64,000 nucleotides of DNA from Neoechinorhynchus agilis (Eukaryota; Animalia; Acanthocephala): assembly GCA_051530055.1 (NCBI GenBank), contig CM121341.1, positions 5,744,784 through 5,808,783 on the forward strand, written 5' to 3'. Position 1 is the stretch's first letter. Every line of letters begins with the position of its first letter. Below the pieces are notes generated by a model that ran no database searches, was not told the DNA's origin, and saw nothing but the letters and a program-made list of their open reading frames with translations. The position numbers and the translations under genes are program-made. Below, one piece after another: positions 50,301-62,303 of this stretch.

Positions 50301-50511
50301 AAGACTTATGTCGATTAATATATTTTGATCGTTTTGTAGTGGCGAGTCTCAATGCGAGAATATTGATGAAGGTATTGCCTTTTCTTTGATTTAAGCGAGC
50401 AACTTATGAACGGGCGATAGATGATCTCGAATTTCGCATTAGTTAAATAAAAACAAGAAGGAGGACCACTAAAGTTTTACAAGTAAAATGTGAGAGGTTT
50501 ACTCGAATAAT

Positions 50512-52531
50512 TTATGTGTCATCAACAACGAAGACTACATCTCGTGGAGGTGAGTTGATAATTATCTCATCTCTTGAACCAGAAGCTCGTTTGGCGAGAA
50601 TGGCAAGTACAATGGACGATATGGCTGCTAGTGCAATGAGTATTGACAGTGTAATGGTCGTTGCCATTACAGGAGTTGATTGGTCAATCATTGTCAGAGG
50701 GCGAGTTCCAGTAGTAGTAGTCGTGGTTGTTGTGGTTGTCGTGATTGTGGTCTTCGTCGTCGAGGTAGTTGGCGAAGTGACTGCATCTAAAACCAAACAA
50801 AAAAGGAGTATATCTCATTTTCCACTACTTCTCAACTAACTACACGCCGCCTGGATGGCCGAATTCGCTACACAATGTCTCATTTGATTCGTATTGCAAC
50901 TTGTTTGACCGGATAAACATCCTATAAATCCGAAAAGCTCAAATAAGAGACTAAATTGAACGAACCGCAAACAGCTGCATGTGGCACACAACGGGTTATG
51001 TCATTTGGACAAGGAAACGTATCTTCAGGACAAAATCCACCTAATGAAACTCTTGGAACTAAACGATTCGTGTGTGTGTGTCAAAAACACCAAGAATCGA
51101 ACTAACCCCAAGCCCCGATATCACTTATACATTGCGCTGCAATGTCGATCTCAGATGCACATCGCAATGCGAAATTGTCTTTGCAAGTGTATTTACAATT
51201 CGATGGTGGATTGCCTAATTGAAATTTATCAATATATACAAATGGTTCATTTATGTCTTACCGCAGGCTGAATTGAGTGGCATACACTCTCTTGTATCTT
51301 GAAATAGGCCACAGTCTAGATAGTTGCTACTGCACGCTGCTGTTGATGGTACCAAAGCTAGGAAACGTTTCGATTTAATAGTATTTGTTTTGGTACACGG
51401 CTCTCAGCAAATAAAAAAGTTTCCGCTAGAAATAAAAACCATCTAGAACTTCTCAATAGACACACTAAAATGTCTCTTTCTCCAAGATTCCTCAAGATTA
51501 GACGGCGAAAGTTCCTTTTCTCAAGTGTCCATTAAAAGAAAACTTACAGCATAAGACAGGATCGTTTATGTCCGTGCATCTCCAGCACTGCTCGAGAGGA
51601 TCCACGCATCTATTTGGACTCGTACTTGGACAATTAAAGTAACCAAGACCCGAGTTGCATGTACCGCAGTATCCATCAGGATAATCCACGCAGACTCCTT
51701 GATAGTCTTTACAGTGATTGCTTGTGTTTGAAAAACAAGAAACTAAAATTGCCATCGTCGGCGAAACTATCACACACGATTTTAACACTCACAACAATAC
51801 TCATTGTCGAAGAAATCGTTTCGAAGACATGATTGACATCCCTTATCGACCGATCCACAACCAGGAGATGTATGCCGTACTCCACAGCCAGGATTGACTC
51901 CACAGTTCGTATTAATTGTACCTTTATTTTCGATCAAATATGAGACTTATTCTGATGTGATGCCAACCACAAAGAGTGCTATACAATTGGGCGGATGGCG
52001 AGCAAAGTGAAAATGCTCCGTTTTCCGCAAAGACTGGACATGTTATTTTGCCTTCTGGACACACTAATACCGAAAAAAGACTTGGTTAAGCGATCAAATA
52101 GTATTGTTGGTCCTTACAGCATGCGAGGGACTTTTTGATGCACATTGGAACTCCATTTGTTTGGGTAAATTGAAAGTATCCAGCTTGTGGCGCTTCGGCA
52201 CAGATAACTATTTTATTGGGTCGAGCGGATAAAAAGTTACGGGAAGCGATAACGTACAGCAATTTTCAGATCCGACCTGTTGTATATTTGAACAGATTTG
52301 TTGGAGATGAGTTAAAGGTACACACGACTCAGGAAACTGACGGTCGCAATGGAAAGTCGAACTCGGACAAGCTATTTTTTTATAGCATGATTATATTTTC
52401 GTTTGAAGCGAAAACTCACAGCAAACCGAACTCTGCGGAATGGTAATATTCCTTCCTCCGTACAAGGTGCAATCAAATGTCTGTCCCGCAACAACTGTCA
52501 ACAGATAGCATAAAGAGATTGTGAAGAGCAT
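50512..52531 (-). CDS. Cys-rich type I membrane protein (signal, multiple phase-1 exons, poly-Thr stalk, TM)
   Basis: MLFTISLCYLLTVVAG signal; exons CPSSTFHCD, VCPEGKITCP, NCGVNPGCG and HCKDYQGVCVDY; TTTTTTTTT stalk; ILIALAAISSIVLAILA TM. One junction (~52210-52278) is out of phase by 1 nt. Confidence 0.7.
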
Positions 52532-53317
52532 TTTTTTGTTCTTTGAGCGTGAGTTGCATTTAAAATTGTGGAGAAAACTGACTCATATCTCCGTATTTTC
52601 CTTTCATAAATTGCGTCTAGAGTCTAATAAAGTAACTCTCTAATTCACGGTCTTCTTTTGCCCATTTAAAATCTTTATGGTTATTGGAACCGTGTTTTTT
52701 TTGCGATTTGGGGGCAACAATTCAATGTTCTAATAAGTTTTATATACATGTGCTTAAATATTGGTTTCCGTTAAAATGATCGTTTTCAGGACCAACAAGT
52801 TTATTTAATCCGCTCCAAAGTAAAGTCGCTTCACCCTTTCGAATTTCGTTTGAACTTCTTCGTTTTCACATAATCCATAGGAGATCAGGGTCAAATGCTT
52901 CATGTTCACAATATTTTCCGATAATAACTGCGCCAGAGCTGATACTCCAGCCTAATAATGTAACAGTGATTATGTTAGTGGAATCGCAAAGAAACATTCT
53001 ATGATTTAAAAGCAGAATATAATCGAGCCTAGCTAAATATCGATTTTGAAACATCAGTCTTGTGATAGATTTATTTTTTAAATTGGCACTATAGATACCC
53101 TCTTGAGAAAAGTGGACATTTAATTTTTAATCCGTTTTAATTTTTTCCTTGAGTCTTGAAAGTTATGTAAAGATAGTCTCGTTCCCTAGAAACAGATCTT
53201 AATTCTAGAAGATTTTTATCTAAGTTAAAAAATTGGGCTTTGAAATATTTTCCATATAAATAGAAGCTTTAATTTAGTGAACACGGTGAACGCCTTTACG
53301 AAAGCGATTCTGAAAGT

Positions 53318-55072
53318 TTAGTTGTATTCACTCTTGAAGTGATTACTTAAATAACTACAAGGCATAAGATTGTGGATGAAACAATAATTTGTGGATATTT
53401 TGCCATCGATTTGTACTTGCAACTCTATTTCTCGGACGTGATAATAAAAAAAAGATGACAAAGACATGATTATCTTTAGATTTTATAGGGGAAAAATACA
53501 ATACTTACAATATCCAAATTATTTAAGGAAAAATCAAATATAACGAGGGGACATTCAGATACAATCACAGCCATGATGTACTTGACGCTGGCTCGGCTAA
53601 GACCGATTTTCCTTAATCTGAGTACTTTCAAAGTTCTATTGTCGCAAACACATTTACCTGAATGAAATCGAAGTGATTCGTGCTTTGTTTGGGTGAAAAA
53701 CCAACTTAGAATGAGAAATCCGTCGTCGCCTATTTTATTGCAACTAAGATTAAGGTCGACTATTGTCGAATAATTTTGTATTGCCAACAAAAGTATCAAA
53801 AGTCCCTTCCGCATTATTCTATTATTACTTAGATTGATCATATTCAATTTTTTCCCTTGCCTTATGTCGTGAGCATCTTCACAGATCTACAGAAATAACT
53901 TCAGCGAGTTACAATCCGGTTGAATTCATTGTAAAGTCTAAGGTTGAAACAAGAAATTTTCTTTTGGTATTTTTGCCATCCCGGATTTATATTACAGCAA
54001 AAAACAATCGAAATTATCCGACTTGAAATATCGGACTACATAAAGAAATTACCTTTTCCGATCCAAGAAATCAAGGAATTTCATGCCATTCAATTAACAC
54101 AAAACATGGTTCTTAGTCTTTTTTTATTGCAACATCACCCATATTTGTTAAACCCCATAATTCGAGATCTTATATTTTTATCTTGAACCAAAAACAACTA
54201 AAATCTTAAAGGCCAAAAATTACAAATGATCTAAAAAACTGTTATGAAAGTTTTAGAAATTAATGATTTGTTTCAAGATGGCTCACGACCTTTAAGATAT
54301 CTATGAGTACATTGGGGCATAATATCTGTAAATTGTTCTCCGATAGATCAAGACATTCGATTTTCCCAACAGATTTAAATTCACTGAGAGCACGAAGAGC
54401 ATTATCATCAATTTGAGAATTCGTAATGGCCAAATCAGTGACATTTGAAGAGGTTAAAAACATAGCTAAATTTTTTAAATCTCTCTCTGTAGGTTTTATG
54501 AGCTCAGATATTGCCGAATATCGAAAATCGTTAGACCGATAACTGATCTTCAGCACGGTCACATTGCTGAGGTAACTGCTAAAACTATTTAGATTTAAGT
54601 ATAATCCATCTGTAGACGGAATAAGACTAGTAATGCACAATCGCCTAACTCGATGTCCATAGGCTTTCATAAAAAGCTCAAGTTCATCATATTCTTCAGT
54701 ACTACCGCATTGTTCAAAACGTTTTCCGACCAACTTCTCTATGTAGATCAATTTATAGTCGTGTTTTCGTTTGAAATTCAAGTCGCAGAAATCAACGATC
54801 AATCTCTTTCGCCAATATTCGGGATTGTTTGAAGATAGTGAAATCCCATCCGCTATTTCGAATTTTGTATCTATTGGCAAATGAAATTTTTTTGGATCTA
54901 ATCTTTTTGACTTTCCAAGTTGCTCGTATTCGTCAATAACTTCGGTCACGAGACAATCATATAAAGTCTCACGTGCGTCAATTACATTTGTTGGCAGAAA
55001 ATTTTTAACCTCTACTTTCAGCTCCTTATCTTGCTTGTACCTCTGAGCATCCCGAATTTGCTGAATACTCAT
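53318..55072 (-). CDS. TCTE1: Dynein regulatory complex subunit 5 (TCTE1/DRC5)-like LRR protein; 3' end approximate
   Basis: LPIDT..I...PEYWRK, YKLIYIEK and RVRRL blocks, then RI-type LRRs (SQIDD, LDLSEN, INLSNN, LNLSCNKIGDDG). Introns are canonical. Confidence 0.78.
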
Positions 55073-57114
55073 TCCTAAAATGCCGAAAAACCTATTTTAT
55101 TTTAAATTTGACGGCTAGGATTTTTTGAAAAAGTGGTACCTAGTTCCATGGTAACAATGATTGCTCAAACATTAATGTTCCTCATAGAAAATCCTTCGAG
55201 ACACATTACAATTCAAACTTATTTTGAGTACGGAATAAGCAATCTAATTTTTATCCATTAAAAACTTTTAGAAACATAATTTGCGCATTGTTTCAGTGCC
55301 ATGGAATTTTGTCGCACTTTTTATAGATTTTTCGATGTTGCTTCTTGAGTTCCGACATCAATTTCGTTTTATGGAAATCATCGAAACTTGTTTTGGCATT
55401 TGTCACAAAATTTTGAAGCTTCAAATAAAAGTAGTTCAATATTTGCTCTTAAATCGGCATTGACACATTGCAAAAAAATTGAACGTAAAAGACCGTTTTT
55501 TTGTTCAAAAAGTCACTTGAAGAATACCTACCCGGATGATGCTGATTAACTCAAATTAAAGATTGACATCCCAAAATCGAGAATTTCATCTTACAAGTTA
55601 ACTTTTCATTACCAATAAAGCACAAAACGTGAAATCATTACCGTCCGCAAAATCGAAGCTTCTCTCCTTCCTCGGCTGTCGCTATCACGTTAGCAACATT
55701 GCCTCGTTGTACTGCGAGCGAGATATTTTGTCGCAGGAAAAGAAAAAACCAGTTAGAAAAAATTGACTGAACGGAGCGTGAATATGAGCGACGGCGACTT
55801 CGAAGTTAAATCCTAGTAGAATTTACGGCACAGATTCAATAATCACATTGCAATAAGACGTTTATTTGTTAATTAACAAAGAAAAGGACCCATTTACCGA
55901 TTTTTAAGCTTAACCATCGAGAATATCCCAAATGTTTCCTACCTTTGTTTACCCTAAAGTGAGAAAGCACATTAGCGGACTGTATGGCTCCAAATGAAAC
56001 GTCCATAACGACAGATCTTTGGTTACTTATTGAATTTTTGCAATAGAACTTTTGAATCAAAACTACGTGAGAAATTGCTTCCCGTCAATTAAAAGGTTCT
56101 CTCTTCGTAGGACGGTCACAATGACTTTAAATTACACGAATCATCAGCGGAAATTTTTGTACAAAAACACAAAATGTTCCATGGAGACTTTTTTGTTCCA
56201 ACGTCGCACTTGGCACGCTTCTAATCCATCGCAAGTCATTTATATGTGTGACAGAACACAAAGTGATTCATGGATCTACGATGTTTCCTAAAGAAGGGAG
56301 CCCAATTTTTAAAACGAATGTTCGCAACAATTCACATCTCCAAAGAGATTAGAGTTGCATGAGATTATGATCGCGATTTTAGTACATCTATGAGTTAACG
56401 AGAACGTCCAACGAAATAACCTTTAAAAGCTTCTTTTTCTTAGATTCCGAAATATAAATATGTCGACATGTGAGGAGATAGAAGGCTTTATGATTAGAAT
56501 TATTGTTTAGAAGTCTTTAGCCCTCCTTTAAAGAGTTTATTAAAAGACGCCAAAGTAATGATGAACCCGACGAGGAACTTCTTTAGCCGATAAAAAAACT
56601 ATCGGATTCTCAACGCGAAAAACGACAATCATTTTCTTGTTTTTTCTTTTGACGAAGTTTTCGAGACAATCTTCGAAATTTACGACGATTTCCATTTATT
56701 TTGTGGCGAGAAATAGAGATTAATTTAGCCTAAAAAGTAGGTCGGAGTGGTTTAAACCTGAGCCTTAGCATACAATCCGCCCAATTTGACTGGAATGCGC
56801 TGCGAAATTGAATGTAAATTGTACAGATCCGGCTTTGGGGTTTCTAAAGGAAATGTTAATTCTCCACTTCTGCATCATTCAAACCTGTTTGTGTAGCGGC
56901 ACGGATGTTAGTGGCAGACGACATGTACGGACGATAATTGATGAAGGGTGGAAGCCTTATAGTCCCGAATGTCATTACAAGACGAGATTTTTACCAAAAG
57001 AGCATGGTTCAATGCACATTCGTTGATGGAAATTTCGTTATAAAACCAACGACGAACGTTCACAACGTTCCGTACACCCTAAAAAGCACTGTTTTTAACC
57101 TTATGAAAAAGGGG

Positions 57115-59138
57115 AAAAGGCTTTTGACCGCAAATTTCAAATTTATCCACGAGAGAGCCGTCGTATGATCGAAAATTTGGATATCCTGACGGAATTTCGT
57201 CTTCATAATCCGCCCGTAAAAGCCTTTTGACCGCAAATTTCAAATTTATCCACGAGAGAGCCGTCGTATGATCGAAAATTTGGATATCCTGACGGAATAT
57301 CGTCTTCATAATCCGCCCGTAAAAGCCTTTTGGCCGCAAATTTCAAATTTATCCACGAGAGAGCCGTCGTATGATCGAAAATTTGGATATCCTGACGGAA
57401 TATCGTCTTCATAATCCGCCCGTAAAAGATTTTTGGCCGCAAATTTCAAATTTATCCACGAGAGAGCCGTCGTATGATCGAAAATTTGGATATCCTGACG
57501 GAATATCGTCTTCATAATCCGCCCGTAAAAGATTTTTGCGCAAATTTCAAATTTATCCACGAGAGACCGTCGTATGATCGAAAATTTGGATATCCTGACG
57601 GAATATCGTCTTCATAATCCGCCCGTAAAAGATTTTTGGCCGCAAATTTCAAATTTATCCACGAGAGAGCCGTCGTATGATCGAAAATTTGGATATCCTG
57701 ACGGAATATCGTCTTCATAATCCGCCCGTAAAAGATTTTTGGCCGCAAATTTCAAATTTATCCACGAGAGAGCCGTCGTATGATCGAAAATTTGGATATC
57801 CTGACGGAATATCGTCTTCATAATCCGCCCGTAAAAGATTTTTGGCCGCAAATTTCAAATTTATCCACGAGAGAGCCGTCGTATGATCGAAAATTTGGAT
57901 ATCCTGACGGAATATCGTCTTCATAATCCGCCCGTAAAAGATTTTTGGCCGCAAATTTCAAATTTATCCACGAGAGAGCCGTCGTATGATCGAAAATTTG
58001 GATATCCTGACGGAATATCGTCTTCATAATCCGCCCGTAAAAGATTTTTGGCCGCAAATTTCAAATTTATCCACGAGAGAGCCGTCGTATGATCGAAAAT
58101 TTGGATATCCTGACGGAATATCGTCTTCATAATCCGCCCGTAAAAGATTTTTGGCCGCAAATTTCAAATTTATCCACGAGAGAGCCGTCGTATGATCGAA
58201 AATTTGGATATCCTGACGGAATATCGTCTTCATAATCCGCCCGTAAAAGATTTTTGGCCGCAAATTTCAAATTTATCCACGAGAGAGCCGTCGTATGATC
58301 GAAAATTTGGATATCCTGACGGAATATCGTCTTCATAATCCGCCCGTAAAAGATTTTTGGCCGCAAATTTCAAATTATCCACGAGAGAGCCGTCGTATGA
58401 TCGAAAATTTGGATATCCTGACGGAATATCGTCTTCATAATCCGCCCGTAAAAGATTTTTGGCCGCAAATTTCAAATTTATCCACGAGAGAGCCGTCGTA
58501 TGATCGAAAATTTGGATATCCTGACGGAATATCGTCTTCATAATCCGCCCGTAAAAGATTTTTGGCCGCAAATTTCAAATTTATCCACGAGAGAGCCGTC
58601 GTATGATCGAAAATTTGGATATCCTGACGGAATATCGTCTTCATAATCCGCCCAAAGTTTTGGCCGCAAATTTAAATTTATCCACGAGAGCCGTCGTGAT
58701 CGAAAATTTGGATATCCTGACGGAATATCGTCTTTAATCCGCCCGTAAAAGATTTTTGGCCGCAAATTTCAAATTTATCCACGAGAGAGCCGTCGTATGA
58801 TCGAAAATTTGGATATCCTGACGGAATATCGTCTTCATAATCCGCCCGTAAAAGATTTTTGGCCGCAAATTTCAAATTTATCCACGAGAGAGCCGTCGTA
58901 TGATCGAAAATTTGGATATCCTGACGGAATATCGTCTTCATAATCCGCCCGTAAAAGATTTTTGGCCGCAAATTTCAAATTTATCCACGAGAGAGCCGTC
59001 GTATGATCGAAAATTTGGATATCCTGACGGAATATCGTCTTCATAATCCGCCCGTAAAAGATTTTTGACCGCAAATTTCAAATTTATCCACGAGAGAGCC
59101 GTCGTATGATCGAAAATTTGGATATCCTGACGGAATTT
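57115..59138. repeat. Tandem satellite, 103-bp unit, ~20 copies
   Basis: Identical ORFs every 103 bp (57612, 57715, 57818...). Unit GGCCGCAAATTTCAAATTTATCCACGAGAGAGCCGTCG...CATAATCCGCCCGTAAAAG. Confidence 0.97.
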
Positions 59139-59364
59139 ACGTTTTGCTTCTTTCGGCCTAGAGATTCACGCGTTTGTTTCTCTTAAGATCTAACTTTAGA
59201 CACGTCGTCTCGCTAAAACGTTGATCTCCGTATCCACCGTCTTTGCGATCTCGGCTTTTTTATCTCCGAAAACTGTCCAAAGTTTGTATTGTGTCTAATT
59301 TTTTCTAGGGCAATTTTTGTAGAATTTTGCAGATCATTCTTAAAGTTGCGTCCCGATAAAATCT

Positions 59365-61254
59365 ACTTCTTTCATTGTCTCTGATCGCTGTCGTTTGTGT
59401 GATTTTTGAAAAGTTGAATCCTTTACAAAGTCAACTTTTTAGTATTGATGGAAAAAATCAGCGAGCTGAAATTCGTTTATTTAGCTCAAATCATTGAAAA
59501 TCGAGGTTTCGATGGTTTTTGGAACAATCGCTTTTTGGAAATTGTTTATAAGCTTTTCTTTTGTTTAGAACCCTTTCCCTTCTATACAAACGCAACGCAA
59601 AACGTTTCGAAAAGTACCTTTGCAACTTCACCTCTCTTTCATTTGACATCGAAATACGAACTTACAAAACTTGAAGAGTACATTACACTCGAGATTCATC
59701 CTTTCTTTGAAGATGCTTTGCCCTGCAGCCTTTCTACTTCTTTCATTGTCTCTGATCGCAGTCGTTTTTGTGATTTTTAAAAAGTTGAATCCTTTACAAA
59801 GTCAACTTTTTAGTATTGATGGAAAAAATCAGCGAGCTGAAATTCGTTTATTTAGTGCAAATCATTGAAAATCGAGGTTTCGATGGTTTTTGGAACAATC
59901 GCTTTTTGGAAATTGTTTATAAGCTTTACTTTTGTTTAGAACCCTTTCCCTTCTATACAAACGCAACGCAAAACGTTTCGAAAAGTACCTTTGCAACTTC
60001 ACCTCTCTTTCATTTGACATCGAAATACGAACTTACAAAACTTGAAGAGTACATTACACTCGAGATTCATCCTTTCTTTGAAGATGCTTTGCCCTGCAGC
60101 CTTTCTACTTCTTTCATTGTCTCTGATCGCAGTCGTTTTTGTGATTTTTAAAAAGTTGAATCCTTTACAAAGTCAACTTTTTAGTATTGATGGAAAAAAT
60201 CAGCGAGCTGAAATTCGTTTATTTAGCTCAAATCATTGAAAATCGAGGTTTCGATGGTTTTTGGAACAATCGCTTTTTGGAAATTGTTTATAAGCTTTAC
60301 TTTTGTTTAGAACCCTTTCCCTTCTATACAAACGCAACGCAAAACGTTTCGAAAAGTACCTTTGCAACTTCACCTCTCTTTCATTTGACATCGAAATACG
60401 AACTTACAAAACTTGAAGAGTACATTACACTCGAGATTCATCCTTTCTTTGAAGATGCTTTGCCCTGCAGCCTTTCTACTTCTTTCATTGTCTCTGATCG
60501 CAGTCGTTTTTGTGATTTTTAAAAAGTTGAATCCTTTACAAAGTCAACTTTTTAGTATTGATGGAAAAAATCAGCGAGCTGAAATTCGTTTATTTAGCTC
60601 AAATCATTGAAAATCGAGGTTTCGATGGTTTTTGGAACAATCGCTTTTTAGAAATTGTTTATAAGCTTTACTTTTGTTTAGAACCCTTTCCCTTCTATAC
60701 AAACGCAACGCAAAACGTTTCGAAAAGTACCTTTGCAACTTCACCTCTCTTTCATTTGACATCGAAATACGAACTTACAAAACTTGAAGAGTACATTACA
60801 CTCGAGATTCATCCTTTCTTTGAAGATGCTTTGCCCTGCAGCCTTTCTACTTCTTTCATTGTCTCTGATCGCAGTCGTTTTTGTGATTTTTAAAAAGTTG
60901 AATCCTTTACAAAGTCAACTTTTTAGTATTGATGGAAAAAATCAGCGAGCTGAAATTCGTTTATTTAGTGCAAATCATTGAAAATCGAGGTTTCGATGGT
61001 TTTTGGAACTATCGCTTTTTGGAAATTGTTTATAAGCTTTACTTTTGTTTAAAACCCTTTCCCTTCTATACAAACGCAACGCAAAACGTTTCGAAAAGTA
61101 CCTTTGCAACTTCACCTCTCTTTCATTTGACATCGAAATACGAACTTACAAAACTTGAAGAGTACATTACACTCGAGATTCATCCTTTCTTTGAAGATGC
61201 TTTGCCCTGCAGCCTTTCTACTTCTTTCATTGTCTCTGATCGCTGTCGTTTGTG
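59365..61254. repeat. Tandem array, 371-bp unit, ~5 copies, containing the 5' end of the downstream gene
   Basis: Identical ORFs at 59445/59816/60187/60558/60929. Confidence 0.97.
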
Positions 61255-61802
61255 AACCGAAGTCCCTCGATAAGTACTACAGTGAAGCAGAGGAATGCAT
61301 GAATAGTTGCAACTCCTTAGAAAGCTTTGAGAATCAGACGATCTGCAGAAAGGATTGTGAAAGAAATTCTGATGAAAGTACTCAATCAAATACTTCTCAT
61401 AATCTCGAAGAAATCGATCTAAGTTGGCCTATGTTTATCAAAGCTTTGATTGATCGCATCATGACGTCCAATGTTGATCTTCGTCCTAAATTTACAAAGA
61501 TTATCATTCTGAGGGAACCAGCCAGAAGCAGATTCGGCCTTTCATGGATATCTGCCTATCAACTTTCTATTTTACTTATGCTGGCTTCTCTTGCTATGAT
61601 AATGTTCATTCTTATTAAAATGATCATCAAGACATGTAACAGACATGAGCAAGGCAACTGTAGACGACATGGAATTATGGTGGATGCTAATGAACATGAT
61701 CTGAAGGCTCAATCGCCTCCTCCTGCTTACCCTGCAGATTGTGATTTTCAAACTATTAAGGAAAACAATAGTCAAGATGAAAAGAAAGTGGAAATTCCTT
61801 GA
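61197..61802 (+). CDS. Type I membrane protein with 4-Cys ectodomain motif and cytoplasmic PPxY (possibly TMEM59-like)
   Basis: Signal MLCPAAFLLLSLSLIAVVC; ECMNSC...ICRKDC; TM ILLMLASLAMIMFILI; SPPPAY. The family assignment is tentative. Confidence 0.75.
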   Translation: MLCPAAFLLLSLSLIAVVCEPKSLDKYYSEAEECMNSCNSLESFENQTICRKDCERNSDESTQSNTSHNLEEIDLSWPMFIKALIDRIMTSNVDLRPKFTKIIILREPARSRFGLSWISAYQLSILLMLASLAMIMFILIKMIIKTCNRHEQGNCRRHGIMVDANEHDLKAQSPPPAYPADCDFQTIKENNSQDEKKVEIP

Positions 61803-61951
61803 CTGAACCAATGTTGTGGTAGTCCACATCATCATCATATACTTTACTATTTTTGAAAAACTTTCATTATTTGCGAATGAAGTGTGTTCTGGGTCGCTTA
61901 TTCTTTTTTTTGTGAGCACCAAAAGTTATTTTTTTCAAACAAAAACAAGAG

Positions 61952-62195
61952 CTCTGAGATTTTTTGTATTTCCACCTTAAATTTTTTATCAAAGTATTTT
62001 CCATAAGTTTAAAACTTGCGGAATACCGACTTTGGCTATTCGAGAAGCACAGTTCCACAAGTTGATTATGATCTCTGAGATTTTTTGTATTTCCACCTTA
62101 AATTTTTTATCAAAGTATTTTCCAAAAGATTAAAACTTGCGGAATACCGACTTTGGCTATTCGAGAAGCACAGTTCCATCAGTTGATTATGATCT
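61952..62195. repeat. Tandem duplication, 121-bp unit x2
   Basis: CTCTGAGATTTTTTGTATTTCCACC...GTTGATTATGATCT at 61952 and 62073. Confidence 0.9.
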
Positions 62196-62303
62196 TCTGA
62201 TTTTTATGCTCTCGTAAATAAAATATATGGACGTGTTCTTCACAAGCAAATTTTTGGCAAAGGCATAAGAATTTGTTTTTTTGGACGTCCTGACAAAAAA
62301 GTT

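Noticed and set aside
57079-59074. CRISPR-like regularity and repeated 79-aa ORFs
   Set aside because: Units are identical end to end with no unique spacers; eukaryotic context and no cas genes.
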